A stretch of DNA of 24,000 nt from Acutalibacteraceae bacterium (GTDB lineage Bacteria; Bacillota; Clostridia; Oscillospirales; Acutalibacteraceae), in contig JBJEQF010000016.1 of the NCBI GenBank assembly GCA_051881615.1, forward strand, positions 89,547 through 113,546, given 5' to 3'. The translations under genes were made by a program, and so were the position numbers. Below are positions 21,617-24,000 of the stretch, one piece after another. Each line of letters starts with the position of its first letter. The stretch's first letter is position 1. Under the pieces are notes generated by a model. It saw nothing but the letters and a program-made list of their open reading frames with translations. It ran no database searches and was not told the DNA's origin.

Positions 21617-23686
21617 TTATTCTGCATTTTCTGCCTTTGCCTGCTCTATAACCTTTTGTGCAACAACTGCAGGAGCGTCCTCGTAACGCTCAAATTCAAA
21701 GGTAAAGCTTCCTCTGCCCTGCGTTACCTGACGAAGATATATTGCAAAGTCGCTCATCTGCGCCATAGGAACCTCTGCCTCTACAACCTGCATACCGTCC
21801 TCGCCGGGGTTCATACCCATAACTCTGCCGCGGCGCTTGTTTACCTCGCCCATTACGTCACCCATATTGCTGTCGGGTACTGTTGCCTTTAGGTAGCCGA
21901 TAGGCTCTAAAAGCGTCGGTGAAGCCTGTGGCATACCGTTTTTGTATGCGATTGAAGCCGCCATTTTAAACGACATTTCTGATGAATCTACAGGGTGGTA
22001 TGAGCCGTCATAAAGAGTTGCCTTGAGTCCTACAACGGGGTAGCCTGCAAGAGGACCTTTTTTGATTGACTCACGCAGTCCCTTTTCAACTGCCGGGAAG
22101 AAGCCCTTAGGAACTGAACCGCCGACAATTTTTTCGGCAAATTCAAGTCCGTCACAGTCGCAGGGCTCAAATTTAATCCATACATCGCCGAACTGTCCGT
22201 GACCGCCCGACTGCTTTTTATGTCTGCCCTGAACCTCGACCGACTTACGGATAGTTTCTCTGTAGGCAACCTTCGGAGTTTTCAGAACAACGTCAATGTT
22301 ATACTTGTTTTTAAGCTTTGATACAACAACGTCAAGATGCTGTTCGCCCATACCCGAAATAACCATTTCGTGTGTTTCGTTGTTAGTTACAAGCTTGATT
22401 GTCGGGTCCTCCTCCATCAGCTTTGCAACGCCCTGTGCAACCTTTTCTTCATCGCCCTTTGTCTTTGGGAAGATTGCCATTGAATAGCAGGGATTCGGAT
22501 ATGTAATGCCGTCAAGCACTACCTTTCTGAGCGGTGAGCAGAGCGTGTCGCCTGTTTTTGCGCCCATAAGCTTCGGTATTGCGCCTATGTCGCCTGCGCC
22601 GATATAAGCTGCGTCCTCCTGCTTTTTGCCCCTTACGGTCAGCACCTTTGTAATACGCTCCTGATTGCCTGTGCGCATATTGATAAGCGGAGTATCGGCT
22701 GATACCTTGCCCGATATTACCTTTATATATGACAGCTTGCCGACAAACGGATCCATAACCGTCTTGAATATTACAGCGGCTGCTGCGCCGTTTTCGTTTA
22801 CAGAGATTTCAACAGGCTCGCCGTCTGTGTCTGCACCTATTTCGCCGCCCTTGTCGGCAGATTTCGGTGCAAGCCATGTAAGGCTGTTTAACAGCTGGTC
22901 AATAGCAAACGTGTTTTGTGCGTCACCGCAGAAAACAGGGTAAATTGTGCCGTCCTTAACACCCTGACTTACGCCCAAGATGATTTCCTCGGGTGTGAAC
23001 TCCTCGCCCATAATGAACTTATCAAGAAGCTCCTCCGATGTTTCTGCAACTGCCTCCTTGATAGCTACACGCAGACCCTCAAGACGGTTGCCCATATCAG
23101 GCATATCGGTAGGCATTACCTTGCCGTTTTCGTATTTATAAGCCTTGTATTCAAACAGGTTTACATAGATATTAGCCTGACCGTCAACAATGTAGGGAAC
23201 GATAACAGGACAAACGGCTGGGCCGAAGGTAGCCTTTAGCGTTTCAAATACACGGTAGAAGCGGGCGCTCTCGTCACACAGACCGTTTACAAAGAACACC
23301 TTTGTAAGACCTGCCTTTGTAGCTGCCTTTACAGCCTTTTCTGTGCCGACATTAACGCCGTCCTTGCCCGATACTACAATCAAAGCAGTGTCTGCCGCAC
23401 GAATACCCTCATACAGACCGCCCTCAAAGTCAAAAAGTCCGGGAGTGTCGATAAGGTTGATTTTTGTATTCTTCCATTCAAGCGGAGCTACTGCCGACAG
23501 AACGGAGGTTTTTCTTTTGATTTCCTCAGAATCGTAGTCAAGAACAGTGTTGCCGTCTGATATTTTACCTAATCTGTCAGATGCGCCTGCAAGATAAAGC
23601 ATAGATTCTGCAACAGATGTTTTTCCGCTGCCGCTGTGACCTGCAACGGCAATATTTATAATTTTTTTAGCGTCATACTGTTTCAA
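21617..23686 (-). CDS. Elongation factor G family protein (divergent EF-G paralogue, EF-G II-like)
   Basis: 689 aa. TTG start at 23686, 8 nt after AAAGGAG. EF-G five-domain length and C-terminal blocks are present (HKKQSGGHGQFGDVWIKFEP, DGSYHPVDSSEMSFKMAA, LLEPI). It is not in a str-operon context, and its G-domain motifs are degenerate (see findings). Confidence 0.85.
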   Translation of the reverse strand: MKQYDAKKIINIAVAGHSGSGKTSVAESMLYLAGASDRLGKISDGNTVLDYDSEEIKRKTSVLSAVAPLEWKNTKINLIDTPGLFDFEGGLYEGIRAADTALIVVSGKDGVNVGTEKAVKAATKAGLTKVFFVNGLCDESARFYRVFETLKATFGPAVCPVIVPYIVDGQANIYVNLFEYKAYKYENGKVMPTDMPDMGNRLEGLRVAIKEAVAETSEELLDKFIMGEEFTPEEIILGVSQGVKDGTIYPVFCGDAQNTFAIDQLLNSLTWLAPKSADKGGEIGADTDGEPVEISVNENGAAAAVIFKTVMDPFVGKLSYIKVISGKVSADTPLINMRTGNQERITKVLTVRGKKQEDAAYIGAGDIGAIPKLMGAKTGDTLCSPLRKVVLDGITYPNPCYSMAIFPKTKGDEEKVAQGVAKLMEEDPTIKLVTNNETHEMVISGMGEQHLDVVVSKLKNKYNIDVVLKTPKVAYRETIRKSVEVQGRHKKQSGGHGQFGDVWIKFEPCDCDGLEFAEKIVGGSVPKGFFPAVEKGLRESIKKGPLAGYPVVGLKATLYDGSYHPVDSSEMSFKMAASIAYKNGMPQASPTLLEPIGYLKATVPDSNMGDVMGEVNKRRGRVMGMNPGEDGMQVVEAEVPMAQMSDFAIYLRQVTQGRGSFTFEFERYEDAPAVVAQKVIEQAKAENAE

Positions 23687-23782
23687 AGCAAAAAACTCCT
23701 TTTCACCCTGTTGCGAGATAATAGTATATAATTCGTCAAAAAACAGGGCAATATTTACAATTACCTAAGTAATCGCTTGATA

Positions 23783-23811
23783 ATTATATCACATTTGTAT
23801 AAAAAAGACAA
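23783..23811 (-). promoter_or_regulatory. Candidate extended -10 promoter for the EF-G paralogue
   Basis: On the minus strand: TTGTCT (23811-23806), 17-nt spacer, TGaTATAAT (-10 at 23788-23783). Confidence 0.35.
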
Positions 23812-24000
23812 TAGGGATAAATTTGTCCCCAAAAAAATTCGCCCCTTGACCAATAAATCAAGGAGCGAGTTGTGCAAAATGTATATCGTTTTAAAACAAA
23901 AGCATTGATGTTACAAAAATCACTTTTAATATTTGTGCAGTTTAACAAGCGGTTTGTAATGTTTGCACAAACCGATTATTCAAGCACTGCACCTGTTGAG

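Noticed and set aside
21656-23537. Several 60-110-aa ORFs on both strands within 21617..23686
   Set aside because: All are nested in or antisense to the EF-G-family gene, whose full-length frame has conserved domain blocks.
23872-24000. Open frame from the GTG at 23872 (AAGGAG 6 nt upstream) to the window edge
   Set aside because: Only 43 codons are visible. The composition is AT-rich and promoter-like (TTGATG-16-TAATAT at about 23905-23932), with a CGGTTTGT/ACAAACCG hairpin at 23950-23974. It is more likely a 5' UTR or promoter region of a gene beyond the window, and the sequence is too short to call.

Overview
This looks like a chromosomal window from a Clostridia-type Firmicute, probably Ruminococcus-like. 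The lineage guess rests on a type I dockerin on a secreted LRR protein, Gram-positive GGAGG-type ribosome-binding sites, and TTGACA-17-TATAAT promoters. All similarity calls come from reading the translations from memory; no searches were run. Housekeeping genes: the mtnN 3' end (missing from the ORF track), ilvB, lepA, rpsT, mntP, maf and a divergent EF-G paralogue. Accessory content: a YdbS/YdbT-like pair, an LRR-dockerin surface protein with a 483-bp internal tandem duplication, an AEC permease plus WYL regulator operon, and a TetR-regulated RND pump carrying a ~310-aa coiled-coil insertion. The main finding is a complete type III toxin-antitoxin / abortive-infection module at about 11.56-12.30 kb on the minus strand. 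It has a perfect consensus promoter, three tandem 36-37-nt repeats (a ToxI/antiQ-like RNA antitoxin), an intrinsic terminator, and a ToxN/AbiQ-family endoribonuclease gene. Its context is atypical. A 50-aa ribbon-helix-helix gene sits just upstream, with 9-bp direct repeats and a palindrome bracketing the repeat promoter. A PNPOx-like gene is translationally coupled (ATGA overlap) to the toxin. The module lies in an AT-rich block (~9.8-12.6 kb) of small uncharacterised genes. Other unexplained structures: a two-copy intergenic element built of (ATTCATY)x5 heptamers flanked by TGTGTAA/TTACACA inverted repeats; a 560-bp gene-less interval between two bidirectional terminators holding a (TCTTTN)x14 hexamer tract and two paralogous helically phased GTTAGA arrays; and twin 16-bp palindromes between the WYL gene and maf.
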